This document shows, piece after piece, positions 25,705-36,372 of a stretch of 64,000 bases of DNA. Each line of letters begins with the position of its first letter. The first letter of the stretch is position 1. Source of the stretch: an uncultured Bacilli bacterium (GTDB lineage: Bacteria; Bacillota_I; Bacilli_A; RF39; UBA660). The stretch covers positions 64,726 through 128,725 of the forward strand of contig CAKOWI010000001.1 in assembly GCA_934122275.1 (NCBI GenBank), read 5' to 3'. The translations under genes were made by a program, and so were the position numbers. The notes below the pieces were generated by a model. The model had not been told where the DNA came from. It was given only the letters and a program-made list of their open reading frames with translations, and did no database searches.

Positions 25705-27186
25705 TTATAACTTAAAACTTATAGAAAATAGTACACCATCACCCTTATTTATAACCTTACAATTTCCTTCATGCAAATCTACAATTGCACGTGTTATTGT
25801 AAGTCCAAGCCCAGTTCCTTCTTTATTTCTTGAACTTTTATCTTTATAATAAGAATTAAATATGTTTTCTAAATTTTTATCACTAATATTATCACCTGTA
25901 TTAAATACATCATAATAGAAATAATTATCTTTAATATAAGTATCTATTTTTATTACTTTATCATATTTGCAGAACTTTATTGCATTAGTTAATATATTTT
26001 CTACAACCTTTGTAAACTGTTTTTTATCCAAGTAAACTTCCTTATAATCTCTTATACTCTTTTTCACTGTTATGTTACTATTAACTAATTTAACATTTAA
26101 CTTTTTTAGTTCCTCTTCTATAACATCTTTAGCATTAAATTTTTCTTTATTTAATTTTATATTTCCACTTTCTAATTTTGATAATTCTAAAAACTCATAG
26201 ACTAAATCACTTAATCTTTCAGATTCACTAATAATTAAATCTACATTCTCTTTATTTTCTTTTCCCTTAACTTCATCTTTTAATAACTGTCCATAACCTG
26301 AAATTATAGTAAGTGGTGTTTTAAATTCATGTGAGATATTTGCAATTAGTTTCTTTCTAGCAGTTTCTTGTTTTTCTTTTTCTATCAAATCTTGTTTAAG
26401 CTTATAATTAGCTTCTTCTAGCTCTTTAATAGTTTCTTCAAGCTTATCACTCATTTTATTAACATTGTTAAATAAATCGCCTAATTCATCATTAGAATTA
26501 ATTGATATTTTTTTATCAAATCTCATATTAGATATGTCATCAGTTACATCTTTTATTTCATCTATTTTTCTTCCAAAAAGTTTAGATATAAAATAAGAAA
26601 TAATAAGTAATATTAAAAATGTAATAACAGAAGTTAATAAAATTATAACCAAAGTTGTACTAGCATCCTTCTTTAAAGATTCAATAGAAGAAGATATTAT
26701 AGTGTAATTATCATCTATTTTTCCAATTAAATGAAGATCATAACCATTTTCATAATAGTTTTTTAATATTATAATTTCACTTTCTTTATCTTTTAAACTA
26801 TCTAATAATATTAAATCTAAACTAGTAAATTTACTTCTTGTTTGCTCATTTAAAATACTATATGTTAAATTATAGTCTCTATCAAATACTTTTACTTTAA
26901 TTCCTCTATCATTTGCATTATATATAATATTTACTAACTCATCTTCATCTTTGTAATTTCTTTTCACATGATAATATTCTCTTTTTAACTCTCTTTTTTC
27001 TAGCCATAAATAAATATCATTAATTGATAACTTAACTACAATAAAATTAATTAATATATTTAATATAACAAATAATCCAACTAGAAAGAATACTTTAGTT
27101 CTAATTGATACTCTTTTATTTTTATACTTATTTAATAAAAACGTACCCTGTTCCTGAATATGTCTTAATATATTTTTTTTCTTCAT
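25705..27186 (-). CDS. sensor histidine kinase (2 TM, HAMP, HisKA, HATPase_c)
   Basis: 493 aa with H-box ISHEFKTPLT, N-box NAIKF and G-box GTGLGLTI. The annotated start overlaps the upstream response regulator by 59 nt. Confidence 0.85.
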   Translation of the reverse strand: MKKKNILRHIQEQGTFLLNKYKNKRVSIRTKVFFLVGLFVILNILINFIVVKLSINDIYLWLEKRELKREYYHVKRNYKDEDELVNIIYNANDRGIKVKVFDRDYNLTYSILNEQTRSKFTSLDLILLDSLKDKESEIIILKNYYENGYDLHLIGKIDDNYTIISSSIESLKKDASTTLVIILLTSVITFLILLIISYFISKLFGRKIDEIKDVTDDISNMRFDKKISINSNDELGDLFNNVNKMSDKLEETIKELEEANYKLKQDLIEKEKQETARKKLIANISHEFKTPLTIISGYGQLLKDEVKGKENKENVDLIISESERLSDLVYEFLELSKLESGNIKLNKEKFNAKDVIEEELKKLNVKLVNSNITVKKSIRDYKEVYLDKKQFTKVVENILTNAIKFCKYDKVIKIDTYIKDNYFYYDVFNTGDNISDKNLENIFNSYYKDKSSRNKEGTGLGLTITRAIVDLHEGNCKVINKGDGVLFSISFKL

Positions 27187-27772
27187 CTATTTTCTTTCTT
27201 ATTCTTTTTATATTAGTATCAACTACCCTATCATCACCAAAGTAATCTATTCCCCACACTCTATCTAATATTTGATCCCTTGTTAATACAACATTAGGAT
27301 TACTAAAGAAATATTCTAAAATTAGATATTCTTTTTTAGTCAATTTTATCATCTTACCATTTTTCTTAATAGCTCTTTGTTCCTTGACTAATTCTAAGTT
27401 ATTGGTATTTTCTATATCTATTAATTTCTTTATTCTCAATAATAATATTTCTAAATTAAATGGCTTTGTTATATAATCACTTGCACCACTTTCTAATCCA
27501 TCTATTTCATCTTCATCTTCACTTTTTGCAGTTAACATTATAATTGGCACATCACTTACTTTTCTTATTTCTTTAGTAGCTGCTACACCATCCATTTCTG
27601 GCATCATAACATCCATTAATATAAGATCTATATTGTCTTTATTCTTATTAAATAGTTCTACACCTTTTAAACCATTTTCAGCTTCTACACACCTAATATT
27701 ATATTTACTTAAATATTTACTTATTATTGTTCTTATTTGTTTTTCATCTTCTACTATCAATACTTTAATCAT
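27128..27772 (-). CDS. OmpR-family response regulator
   Basis: 214 aa. Receiver domain (VEDE, phospho-acceptor Asp in LILMDVMMP, LTAK) plus a winged-helix output (LTKKEYLILEYF...GTGYVF). Confidence 0.85.
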   Translation of the reverse strand: MIKVLIVEDEKQIRTIISKYLSKYNIRCVEAENGLKGVELFNKNKDNIDLILMDVMMPEMDGVAATKEIRKVSDVPIIMLTAKSEDEDEIDGLESGASDYITKPFNLEILLLRIKKLIDIENTNNLELVKEQRAIKKNGKMIKLTKKEYLILEYFFSNPNVVLTRDQILDRVWGIDYFGDDRVVDTNIKRIRKKIDEEKKYIKTYSGTGYVFIK

Positions 27773-27863
27773 AGCATCACCTCTATTAGCTATACTATTA
27801 TATATATTTGTTTAAAATGTGTCAAAATTAGTAATTAGTATTATGAGTCAAAAAAAGAAGAAA

Positions 27864-30050
27864 TTACTCCTCAGTATTTTCTTCTTTTTTCTTATCTAAA
27901 TCATCTTTAATTTTATCTTTTACTAATACTTCTTTTCTAGATAAATTAAGCTTACCATTTTTATATCCAGTAGCCTTAACAATTATTTCATCACCTATAT
28001 TTACAACATCAGATGTTTTAGCTACTCTCTTATCAGACAATTGTGAAATATGTACTAAACCTTCACAACCTTCCCAAAGTTCAACAAAGCATCCCAATTC
28101 TTCTATAATCTTAACTACACGTCCTGTGTATATTTTTCCAACTTCAACTTCTTTAACTACGTTTTTTATCATGTTAGCAGTTTTTTCTATTATCTCTTTA
28201 TCTGTATGATAAATAATTACTCTTCCATCTTCTTCTATATCTACCTTAACAGCATTCATATCAGTTACTGTTTTAACGTTCGAAGCTTCAAGAATAATTT
28301 TAGTAATCATTTCTCCACCTTTACCAATAACATCTTTTATTTTTAAAGGATCAATAGTAAATGTATATGTTTTTGGTGCATATTTACTAACTTCACTTCT
28401 TGGCTCTTTTATCTGATTAGTTATAACCTTTAATATTTCCATTCTAGCTTTTTTAGCTTGTTCCAAAGCTTCCTTTAGTATCTCTTTAGTAATACCTTTT
28501 ATTTTAATATCCATTTGAAGGGCACAAATACCATCTTTAGTACCTGCAACTTTAAAGTCCATATCTCCTAAATGGTCTTCCATACCTTGAATGTCAGTTA
28601 AAACTGTATAATCATCACCATCAGTAATAAGTCCCATTGCAATACCTGCAACTGGAGCTTTTATAGGTACACCTGCAGCCATTAAAGCCATACAACCAGC
28701 ACAAATAGATGCTTGTGATGATGAACCATTAGATTCTAATATCTCTGATACAACACGTACTGTATATGGAAATTCTTCTTCTGATGGCATAACCTGTAAT
28801 AATGCTCTTTCACCTAATGCACCATGACCTATTTCACGACGACCTGGAGCTCCATAACGTCCAGTTTCACCAACAGAAAATTGTGGAAAATTATAGTGTA
28901 ACATAAATCTTTTTTCGTCTTCTGGAGAAAGGCCATCTATTATTTGATGTTCCCCAAGTGCTCCTAGTGTTACAACAGATAAACTCTGGGTTTCACCACG
29001 TGTAAATAAAGCCGAACCATGAGTTCTTGGAAGTAAATCTATATCTGTTGAAAGAGGTCTTATCTCAGTCATTTTTCTTCCGTCTGCTCTTTTTTTCTCT
29101 TTAACCACTATCTTTCTAAATACTTCATATTCAACTTCTCCTAAACATAATTTAACCTTTGTTAGAAGTTCGTTTAATTCTTCTTTGTCTAATTCTTCAT
29201 TTTCATATTCAAACTTAGCTACTACATCTTCCTTTATTTTATCTATTGCAGCATATTTTTCCAATTTATCTTTAATACGCATTGCATTATCAAGAGGTTC
29301 TTTTGCAAGTGAATATATTTCTTCTTTAAGTTCATCTGTTATTTCTAGAGCTTCGTACTCCATCTTTTCTTGGCCTATTTCTTTTACTATTTTTTCTTCA
29401 AACTTAACTAGTTCTTTAACAGCATCATGGCCAAACATTAATGCATCAAGCATATCTTCTTCACTAGCTTCTTTAGCTCCAGCTTCAACCATATTAATCG
29501 CATCCATTGTTCCAGCAACAGTTAAGTCTATATCGCTTTCTTCCATCTCTTCAACACTAGGATTAATTATAAACTTTTCATTAACTCTTCCTACTTTAAC
29601 ACCTGCTATTGGTCCATCAAAAGGAATCTTACTTATTGATGTTGCAATAGATGATCCAAGCATAGCAGTTAATTCTGGTGAATTATTTGGATCAACTGAT
29701 AAGATTGTATTTACAACTTGTACTTCATTTCTAAAGTTTTCAGGAAATAAAGGACGCATTGGTCTATCAATCATTCTAGCAGCAAGTGTAGCTGCATCAG
29801 TTGGTCTTCCTTCTCTTTTTATAAATCCACCTGGTATTTTACCTACTGAATATAACTTTTCCTGGTATAAAACCATTAAAGGAAAAAAGTCTGATAATAT
29901 ATTAGCAGTTTTACTAACAACAACAGTCGATAAAACAACAGTATCACCGTATCTAACTAATACTGCTCCATCTGCTTGCTTAGCCAATTCTCCTACTTCT
30001 ACGGTTATCTTTCTTCCTCTAAAGTCCATTTCAAAAATTCTTTTTTCCAT
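27864..30050 (-). CDS. pnp: polyribonucleotide nucleotidyltransferase (PNPase)
   Basis: 728 aa with two RNase PH domains ([14 protein letters not shown]), then KH and S1 domains ([15 protein letters not shown]). Confidence 0.95.
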   Translation of the reverse strand: MEKRIFEMDFRGRKITVEVGELAKQADGAVLVRYGDTVVLSTVVVSKTANILSDFFPLMVLYQEKLYSVGKIPGGFIKREGRPTDAATLAARMIDRPMRPLFPENFRNEVQVVNTILSVDPNNSPELTAMLGSSIATSISKIPFDGPIAGVKVGRVNEKFIINPSVEEMEESDIDLTVAGTMDAINMVEAGAKEASEEDMLDALMFGHDAVKELVKFEEKIVKEIGQEKMEYEALEITDELKEEIYSLAKEPLDNAMRIKDKLEKYAAIDKIKEDVVAKFEYENEELDKEELNELLTKVKLCLGEVEYEVFRKIVVKEKKRADGRKMTEIRPLSTDIDLLPRTHGSALFTRGETQSLSVVTLGALGEHQIIDGLSPEDEKRFMLHYNFPQFSVGETGRYGAPGRREIGHGALGERALLQVMPSEEEFPYTVRVVSEILESNGSSSQASICAGCMALMAAGVPIKAPVAGIAMGLITDGDDYTVLTDIQGMEDHLGDMDFKVAGTKDGICALQMDIKIKGITKEILKEALEQAKKARMEILKVITNQIKEPRSEVSKYAPKTYTFTIDPLKIKDVIGKGGEMITKIILEASNVKTVTDMNAVKVDIEEDGRVIIYHTDKEIIEKTANMIKNVVKEVEVGKIYTGRVVKIIEELGCFVELWEGCEGLVHISQLSDKRVAKTSDVVNIGDEIIVKATGYKNGKLNLSRKEVLVKDKIKDDLDKKKEENTEE

Positions 30051-30108
30051 AATATTCTCCTTCTATATATAAAAAGACACCCAAAAAAGAGTGCCTACTT
30101 TTATCAAA

Positions 30109-30375
30109 CTACTTTCTTAATCCTAACTTCTTAATTAATTCACGATATCTATTAATATCAGTTTCCTTTAAATAATTAAGTAAATTCTTTCTCTTACTAA
30201 CTTTCATTAATAAACCTCTGTTTGAGTGAAAATCATGAATGTTTGTACGAAAATGTTCAGTTAAAGCATTAATCTCTGTTGTTAAAATAGCTACTTGAAC
30301 TTCTGGTGAACCTGTATCACCTTCATGAGTTGCATATTTTTTAATAATTTCTTGCTTTACTTCTTTCTTTAACAT
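30109..30375 (-). CDS. rpsO: 30S ribosomal protein S15
   Basis: 88 aa with [15 protein letters not shown]...H..D.HS.RGLL. Confidence 0.95.
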   Translation of the reverse strand: MLKKEVKQEIIKKYATHEGDTGSPEVQVAILTTEINALTEHFRTNIHDFHSNRGLLMKVSKRKNLLNYLKETDINRYRELIKKLGLRK

Positions 30376-30379
30376 AATA

Positions 30380-30460
30380 TATCCTCCTTATTTTAATAAT
30401 ACACCTAATTCCAAGACATGGTTAGGAGTACTCTCCAATACCCTAGAACAGGTAACAATA
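30380..30460 (-). promoter_or_regulatory. structured rpsO 5' leader (possible S15 autoregulatory element)
   Basis: The minus strand has adjacent hairpins GGAG-AGTA-CTCC and CCTAA...TTAGG immediately upstream of the RBS AAGGAGG. The functional assignment is inference. Confidence 0.3.
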
Positions 30461-30561
30461 ATAATATACACTTATTTTACAGTTATTGCAAGTGTTTTTA
30501 AACAATTTTACACTATATACAAATATATGAAAATAATATTAGTTTTATTCATACTTTACAT

Positions 30562-31413
30562 TTAAATAAACATTTTATATGGCTTTATCTTATTTTTATC
30601 TTTAATATACACTTTATATATTGCAATTATATTACCATTATACGTAAATGCCACTAAATCACTATTATAAATATTATTTAAAATACTACCATATTTAATT
30701 TTATCATATAATTCTTTACTAACTTCAACTCTATTTAAATTCATAAGAGCATCATTTATCGATATACTTTTATAACTGCCATTAGCTAATTCTTCTAATG
30801 TATAAGAATCTTTTATATCAAAAATTCCTTGCCTTATTCTTAATAAATCACTCATAGAACCAATTATACCAAGTTTATCATTTATATCTTTGATAAGACT
30901 TCTAATATATGTTCCTTTTGATACAGTAACTTTAAATTGATATTTGTTATCACTAAATTGTAATAACTTAATACTCTTTATCTTAACTAATCTTTTTGGC
31001 AATACAACATCTTTGTTTTCTCTAGCATACTCATATAGCTTTTTTCCTTTAATCTTAACCGCACTATATATAGGAACTTCTTGTTCATATTCTCCTATAA
31101 ATGAATTTAAAGTATCAATTAAATCATGTTTATCTAAGTTTACATTTTCTTTTTTTATTATATTACCATCAACATCCAAAGTATCAGTTAATATACCAAG
31201 CTTTACAGTTGCTATATATTCTTTGTCATCACAAGTTAAGAGTTCAACTAGCTTAGTTGCTTTACCACAGCATAAAACAAGTACACCAGTTGCAATTGGA
31301 TCAAGTGTTCCTGTATGACCTATTTTCTTTGTATTTAATATTTTACATGCTTTATTTACAACATCTCTACTAGTTAATCCTTTTTGCTTATTAATAATTA
31401 TTATTTCATCCAT
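30562..31413 (-). CDS. truB: tRNA pseudouridine(55) synthase
   Basis: 283 aa with GHTGTLDPIATGVLVL containing the catalytic Asp. Confidence 0.9.
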   Translation of the reverse strand: MDEIIIINKQKGLTSRDVVNKACKILNTKKIGHTGTLDPIATGVLVLCCGKATKLVELLTCDDKEYIATVKLGILTDTLDVDGNIIKKENVNLDKHDLIDTLNSFIGEYEQEVPIYSAVKIKGKKLYEYARENKDVVLPKRLVKIKSIKLLQFSDNKYQFKVTVSKGTYIRSLIKDINDKLGIIGSMSDLLRIRQGIFDIKDSYTLEELANGSYKSISINDALMNLNRVEVSKELYDKIKYGSILNNIYNSDLVAFTYNGNIIAIYKVYIKDKNKIKPYKMFI

Positions 31414-31475
31414 AATATCACCAAAGCTATAATAACATAATAAAAATTAAAAAAGAAAGTAAAACATACTTTCTT

Positions 31476-33170
31476 TTACATTTTTTTAACATATGGTAAT
31501 TCTGAATCATTTATCTTAATATTTTCTATATCATCATCAGTATATACATATTGTTTTTCATTACTTTGTTTGTATAGACAAATATTATATATTTCTTCAC
31601 AATATGCTTTTTTAGTTAATTCATCTAACTTACTATTTTCTATAAATTCTTTAACTTTTTTAGCATATGCCCTTAATTCATTCTCATCACATTCAATGAT
31701 TGAAAGATTCTCCATATATTGTTTTATAATGCAGATAGTTCTTTTTTCATCAGCATAAATCTCATCCATCTCTTTATTTATCATGCTTGAAAGGTTTTTA
31801 TCGACACTACTTACAACTTTATTAGCTCCATTTATAAGTCTTTTTTCTTGATTATCATCACTTAAGCCTTCTTTAAATAATTTAAATCTTAATTTATTTA
31901 ATTTATTTGAGTTTATAAATAAAGTTCCACTATTTACAATGTCTCTTTCATGATAAATATCAGTTTGTTCTGCTGCCTTTTCTACATTACCATTATCTTT
32001 AGATTTTTGAATTTTTCCTAGTAAATACTCACCATATTTCTTTGTTCTACGTATAAGTCTTACAGGAAATGCTATCATTTCAGAGATAATAGTTTTAAAA
32101 CTTTTATTATTTTTCTTAACATATTCATCATCTTTTGCTATGTCAGCTTTTCTTTTTTCTTGAATCTGAATATTATTTTTATCAATTATTTTTTTGATTC
32201 TATCTCTTATAATTATTCTCTTATGATCATCTTTCCATATATCATCATTATATTTTAATAACTCAAATCTTTTTGATAACTCTTCAACCTTGTCAGAATC
32301 TAATAAATCATTGTTTTCTAATTTGTCACTTAATTCTTTAGATAATGCAACAAAATCAATTTTATTTTTATTAGCAACCTTATCAAATCCGTTACTTAAC
32401 ATTTCTTTTTCTTCACATTCAGGTAATGATTTTAATAGTGTATCAGCCATATTCCAAACTTTTTTATCTAAACAAGTAGCAGCTAATTCTATAGATTTTT
32501 TAGTATCAATTAAATTTCCTATTAAATTAGATTCTTTATTTAATTCTTCTTTTTCTTTTACAGAATCATCTAAAGCTCCAATTAAGCTTCTAGCATCAGT
32601 CAATGTTTTTTCATCAAATGACTTTCTAGCTTTTTTTAACATATCTACAATATTTTTATAATCACTAGAATTATTTAAATTGTTTGTATTATTATCTATA
32701 CTAGAGTAAGAAACAATAATGTTTTCTATACTTGGATGTGACATTAAATATTCTCTATAAATTGTTTCCTCTAAACTCTTATATTTATCATCTAATGGCA
32801 TAGAAGAAATTAACTTATAATATTCATATTTAGCTTTATTATCTTTTAAAATCGTCAACCATTTAGCTTGTTTAATTATTTCTTTTCTTATTCTATTTTT
32901 TATTTCTCTTAACTCTATTTCTTTTTGTTCTTCTAAATTTTCTAATTCATCATCCATATACATTGAGTAAGATGGTGTTTTTGAATAGTCTCTAACGACT
33001 TCGGTCTTTAATTTAGAATACTTATCAGTTATATTTTGACTTTCTTTAATAATATCATTAATCTTAATTATGTTATTTTTTCTTATTTTTTCTAAATCAA
33101 ACTTTTGTTCATTAGGATTATACCTTTTTTCAAAATTATATGTTCCCTTATTATAATATCTATCGTACAT
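31476..33170 (-). CDS. large K/E-rich coiled-coil hypothetical protein
   Basis: 564-aa ORF, strongly charged and heptad-like in composition, with no enzymatic motif recognised. Confidence 0.5.
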   Translation of the reverse strand: MYDRYYNKGTYNFEKRYNPNEQKFDLEKIRKNNIIKINDIIKESQNITDKYSKLKTEVVRDYSKTPSYSMYMDDELENLEEQKEIELREIKNRIRKEIIKQAKWLTILKDNKAKYEYYKLISSMPLDDKYKSLEETIYREYLMSHPSIENIIVSYSSIDNNTNNLNNSSDYKNIVDMLKKARKSFDEKTLTDARSLIGALDDSVKEKEELNKESNLIGNLIDTKKSIELAATCLDKKVWNMADTLLKSLPECEEKEMLSNGFDKVANKNKIDFVALSKELSDKLENNDLLDSDKVEELSKRFELLKYNDDIWKDDHKRIIIRDRIKKIIDKNNIQIQEKRKADIAKDDEYVKKNNKSFKTIISEMIAFPVRLIRRTKKYGEYLLGKIQKSKDNGNVEKAAEQTDIYHERDIVNSGTLFINSNKLNKLRFKLFKEGLSDDNQEKRLINGANKVVSSVDKNLSSMINKEMDEIYADEKRTICIIKQYMENLSIIECDENELRAYAKKVKEFIENSKLDELTKKAYCEEIYNICLYKQSNEKQYVYTDDDIENIKINDSELPYVKKM

Positions 33171-33250
33171 TCAAATCTCCCCCTCTTTGTTTGAATGCCA
33201 TATATAATAGCACTTTAATATTCATTTGTCAATAAAAAAAGAAGAATATT

Positions 33251-34618
33251 TCATCCTCTCATTTTTTTAAATACTAAATAACCTACAATTGCTATTACAA
33301 GCATTATAATAGATAATATTATAACACTTATTTTTCCACTTTTGTTTTCTACTGTTTGATTAGTAAAATTATCGTCTGTATATAGTTCATCTATATACTT
33401 TTCATAAGAATCAGTTAAGTAATATCTCTCTTTTCCACTAAATATACTTTCAAAGTAGTTTTTAAAACTTACTGGAATCTTACTTTTATGTTTATTATAT
33501 ATTTTTTCTATGTCATTTATATTAGCATCATCATCTATCTTTGTATCTGTTAATAATTGTAATGCAGTTATTGCAAATGCATATAAATCAGTTTTTTCTG
33601 AAACAATTTTATTAAATGGATCTTTATATTTGTTAGCAATTTCATTATTTATTGCATTTTCTTTTACCACAAATGCATCACAATCAATTAATTTAACATT
33701 TCCATTTTTATCAAAGAAAATATTATCCGGATTTAAATCACATATGTATATATGTTTTTTATGTAATTTCCTCATCACATCTTCTATTAATTTTAATTTA
33801 TCTATCTTTTCTTCAAAACTATACTTTTCACTGTTAGCTAAAAGTGAATTACCATCTGGCAAATATTCCATTATATATCCTACAAATATTCCATCATAAT
33901 AAACTAAATTTTTAGGTTTAACAATTTCATCTACATCTAAATTCTTAATTACTTTTATTGTTTCTTCTCTATCTTTTATATAAGTAAATGAAGTAGAAGT
34001 AAACATCTTAAGTATTCTTCCGTCTTGAGTTAAATATATATTTCCAGATCTTCCAGAAGCTATTTTCTTAATTAACTTAAGATTTTTATAATCAATTGAA
34101 TCAGGTAAAATATTTCTAAATTTATCGTTTAATCTTCTTACACTTACAGCAGTTACAACGTTAATACTTAAGATATTTCCATCTTCATTCATTCCAACTT
34201 CATAAAAGCCTATATTATGATACATAGAAAGCATTTTAGAATCATGCTCATCAACACTTGATAAAACATTCCTACATCCAACTTCTCCAGCTATATATAT
34301 AACACCCTCAATTAAAAGTGTCTCCATGTTCTTATCATTAAAGCCTTCATCAATATATAATTTATTAATTTCAACTTGTGAAACATTATTACTATTTTTA
34401 AATTCAAATGTTACATACCCTATTAACATTTTATTAGTTTGAATAACTAATGTTATCTTGTTTCTAAAATATTCAGGAACAATGTAATCATCAAGATCTA
34501 TTAAGCACTCTTTTTTCATTACATCACTAGAGAAGGTATTAACTATGTCGGCAAAAACATCAAAATCTGTTTCCAAAATACCCATATTTAAGTTTTCTTT
34601 TTTAACTAGATTTATCAC
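33251..34618 (-). CDS. GNAT-like domain + divergent Ser/Thr protein-kinase-like domain + C-terminal TM anchor
   Basis: 455 aa. Kinase-like elements are the G-loop SGRSGNIY, Lys in RILKMF, the catalytic loop ICDLNPDNIFF (HRDLKPEN-like, with His replaced), and LIDCDAF in place of DFG. The N-terminal ~150 aa are acetyltransferase-like (NIGFYEV). There is a C-terminal hydrophobic helix. Confidence 0.55.
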   Translation of the reverse strand: MINLVKKENLNMGILETDFDVFADIVNTFSSDVMKKECLIDLDDYIVPEYFRNKITLVIQTNKMLIGYVTFEFKNSNNVSQVEINKLYIDEGFNDKNMETLLIEGVIYIAGEVGCRNVLSSVDEHDSKMLSMYHNIGFYEVGMNEDGNILSINVVTAVSVRRLNDKFRNILPDSIDYKNLKLIKKIASGRSGNIYLTQDGRILKMFTSTSFTYIKDREETIKVIKNLDVDEIVKPKNLVYYDGIFVGYIMEYLPDGNSLLANSEKYSFEEKIDKLKLIEDVMRKLHKKHIYICDLNPDNIFFDKNGNVKLIDCDAFVVKENAINNEIANKYKDPFNKIVSEKTDLYAFAITALQLLTDTKIDDDANINDIEKIYNKHKSKIPVSFKNYFESIFSGKERYYLTDSYEKYIDELYTDDNFTNQTVENKSGKISVIILSIIMLVIAIVGYLVFKKMRG

Positions 34619-34690
34619 TTTATCACCGCCTATTGTTATTAATATAATTATAACCTTTTTTACATCATATTTCTACAAAAAACTAAAAAA

Positions 34691-34738
34691 AAGATTAAAA
34701 AAATACATCCATTTAGTATTTTTTTAATCTTTTTTTAA
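34691..34738. terminator. perfect 16-bp AT-rich hairpin terminator after rbfA
   Basis: AAGATTAAAAAAATAC (34691-34706) / GTATTTTTTTAATCTT (34716-34731), flanked by A- and T-runs. Confidence 0.65.
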
Positions 34739-35077
34739 TTATTCATTCATTTCTTTAATTATTTTTTCGATTTTATTACCATAATCTATTGATTCATCAT
34801 ATATAAACCTTAAATCAGGTATTCTTCTTATCTCTAACTTTCTTTTAACTAATTCTGATTTAATAAAGCCTTTTGCAGAATTTAAATCATGGATACACTT
34901 ATCTTTCTTATCTTTATCAAATACAGTGCAATATATCTGTGCTAAAGATAAATCAGTATCTAACTTAATCGCCGTTATAGTAACAAACTTTATATCTTCA
35001 TCATACACTTCATTTTGCAAAATATCACTTATTTCCTTCATTAGCATACTTGCTATTCTATTTGTTTTTAAACTCAT
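34739..35077 (-). CDS. rbfA: ribosome-binding factor A
   Basis: 112 aa with R.ASMLMKEISDIL...VTIT.....DLS.A.IY. Confidence 0.9.
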   Translation of the reverse strand: MSLKTNRIASMLMKEISDILQNEVYDEDIKFVTITAIKLDTDLSLAQIYCTVFDKDKKDKCIHDLNSAKGFIKSELVKRKLEIRRIPDLRFIYDESIDYGNKIEKIIKEMNE

Positions 35078-35079
35078 GA

Positions 35080-36318
35080 TTAACCTCCATATATTGGAAA
35101 CTTACTAGTTAATTTTAGTACCTTTCCCTTTAATTCATCTAATATTTTTTCATCTGAATAGTTAGTTAAAGCCTCTATTATAATTTGTGCTACTAAAATA
35201 AATTCATCTTCTTTAAATCCTCTTGTTGTCATTGCAGGAGAACCAATTCTTATTCCACTAGCTTTCATTGGACTTTCAGTATCATTTGGTATAGTATTTT
35301 TATTTACAGTAATACATATCCTATCTAAAATTTGTTCTGCTTCTTTTCCAGTAATATTAAACGATGATTTAACGTCAACTAATATAAGATGATTATCAGT
35401 TCCACCAGATACTATTTTAACACCATTATCTATAAAATAATTACTCATCGCTTTAATGTTGCTTAAAACTTGCTTTTGATAGCAAATAAAGTCAGGTTTT
35501 AATGCTTCATAAAAACATTGTGCTTTAGCTGCTATTACATGCATTAAAGGTCCACCTTGTATTCCTGGAAATACAGTCTTATTAATTTTTTTAGCTAATT
35601 CTTCATTATTTGTAAGAATTATTCCCCCTCTTGGTCCTCTTAATGTCTTATGAGTAGTTGATGTTACAACATCAGCATAATCTACTGGTGACATATGAAG
35701 TCCTGCCGCAACAAGCCCTATAATGTGTGCCATATCAACCATTAAGTATGCTCCGCATTTATCAGCAATATCTCTAAATCTTTTAAAATCAATTTCTCTA
35801 GAATAAGCGGACGCACCTGCTATAATCATTTTTGGTTTTTCTTTCAATGCAATTTTTTCTAAATCATCATAATCAATATAGCCATTTTCATCAGTACTAT
35901 ATGAAACTATATTATAATCTTGTCCAGAAAAACTAAGTGGATGTCCGTGAGTTAAATGGCCTCCGTTTGATAAATCCATGCCAAGAACTTTATCACCATG
36001 ATTCAATAAAGCTCTATATACTGCCATATTAGCAGAAGAACCAGAATGTGGCTGAACATTCGAATATTTAACTTTAAATAATTTTTGTAAATAATCATTA
36101 GCAATATCTTCTATGGTATCAACGTTTTGACATCCACCATAATATCTTTTTCCAGAATAACCTTCTGCATATTTATTTGTAAAAATACTACCTTGTAATT
36201 TTAATATTTCATTAGAAACATAGTTTTCAGATGCAATTAATTCGATATTATGATTTTGTCTTTCTAGTTCAAGTTCTAAAGCCTTTTCTATTTTTTCATC
36301 CATCTTATCACCATCCAT
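35080..36318 (-). CDS. glyA: serine hydroxymethyltransferase
   Basis: 412 aa with the PLP site [13 protein letters not shown]. Confidence 0.95.
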   Translation of the reverse strand: MDGDKMDEKIEKALELELERQNHNIELIASENYVSNEILKLQGSIFTNKYAEGYSGKRYYGGCQNVDTIEDIANDYLQKLFKVKYSNVQPHSGSSANMAVYRALLNHGDKVLGMDLSNGGHLTHGHPLSFSGQDYNIVSYSTDENGYIDYDDLEKIALKEKPKMIIAGASAYSREIDFKRFRDIADKCGAYLMVDMAHIIGLVAAGLHMSPVDYADVVTSTTHKTLRGPRGGIILTNNEELAKKINKTVFPGIQGGPLMHVIAAKAQCFYEALKPDFICYQKQVLSNIKAMSNYFIDNGVKIVSGGTDNHLILVDVKSSFNITGKEAEQILDRICITVNKNTIPNDTESPMKASGIRIGSPAMTTRGFKEDEFILVAQIIIEALTNYSDEKILDELKGKVLKLTSKFPIYGG

Positions 36319-36372
36319 AAACTAATTATACATCAAAAAAGAAGAATCACAAATATTATTCTTCTTTTTTAT

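Noticed and set aside
27128-27186. 59-nt overlap between the response regulator stop and the histidine kinase start as a possible frameshift or fusion
   Set aside because: Both frames are intact and each protein is full length. The overlap most likely reflects translational coupling or a mis-set kinase start. I found no alternative ATG, so it is left as annotated.
29185-30072. 295-aa ORF antisense to pnp
   Set aside because: It is a Ser/Ile/Leu-rich mirror translation of a highly conserved gene, with no independent signals.
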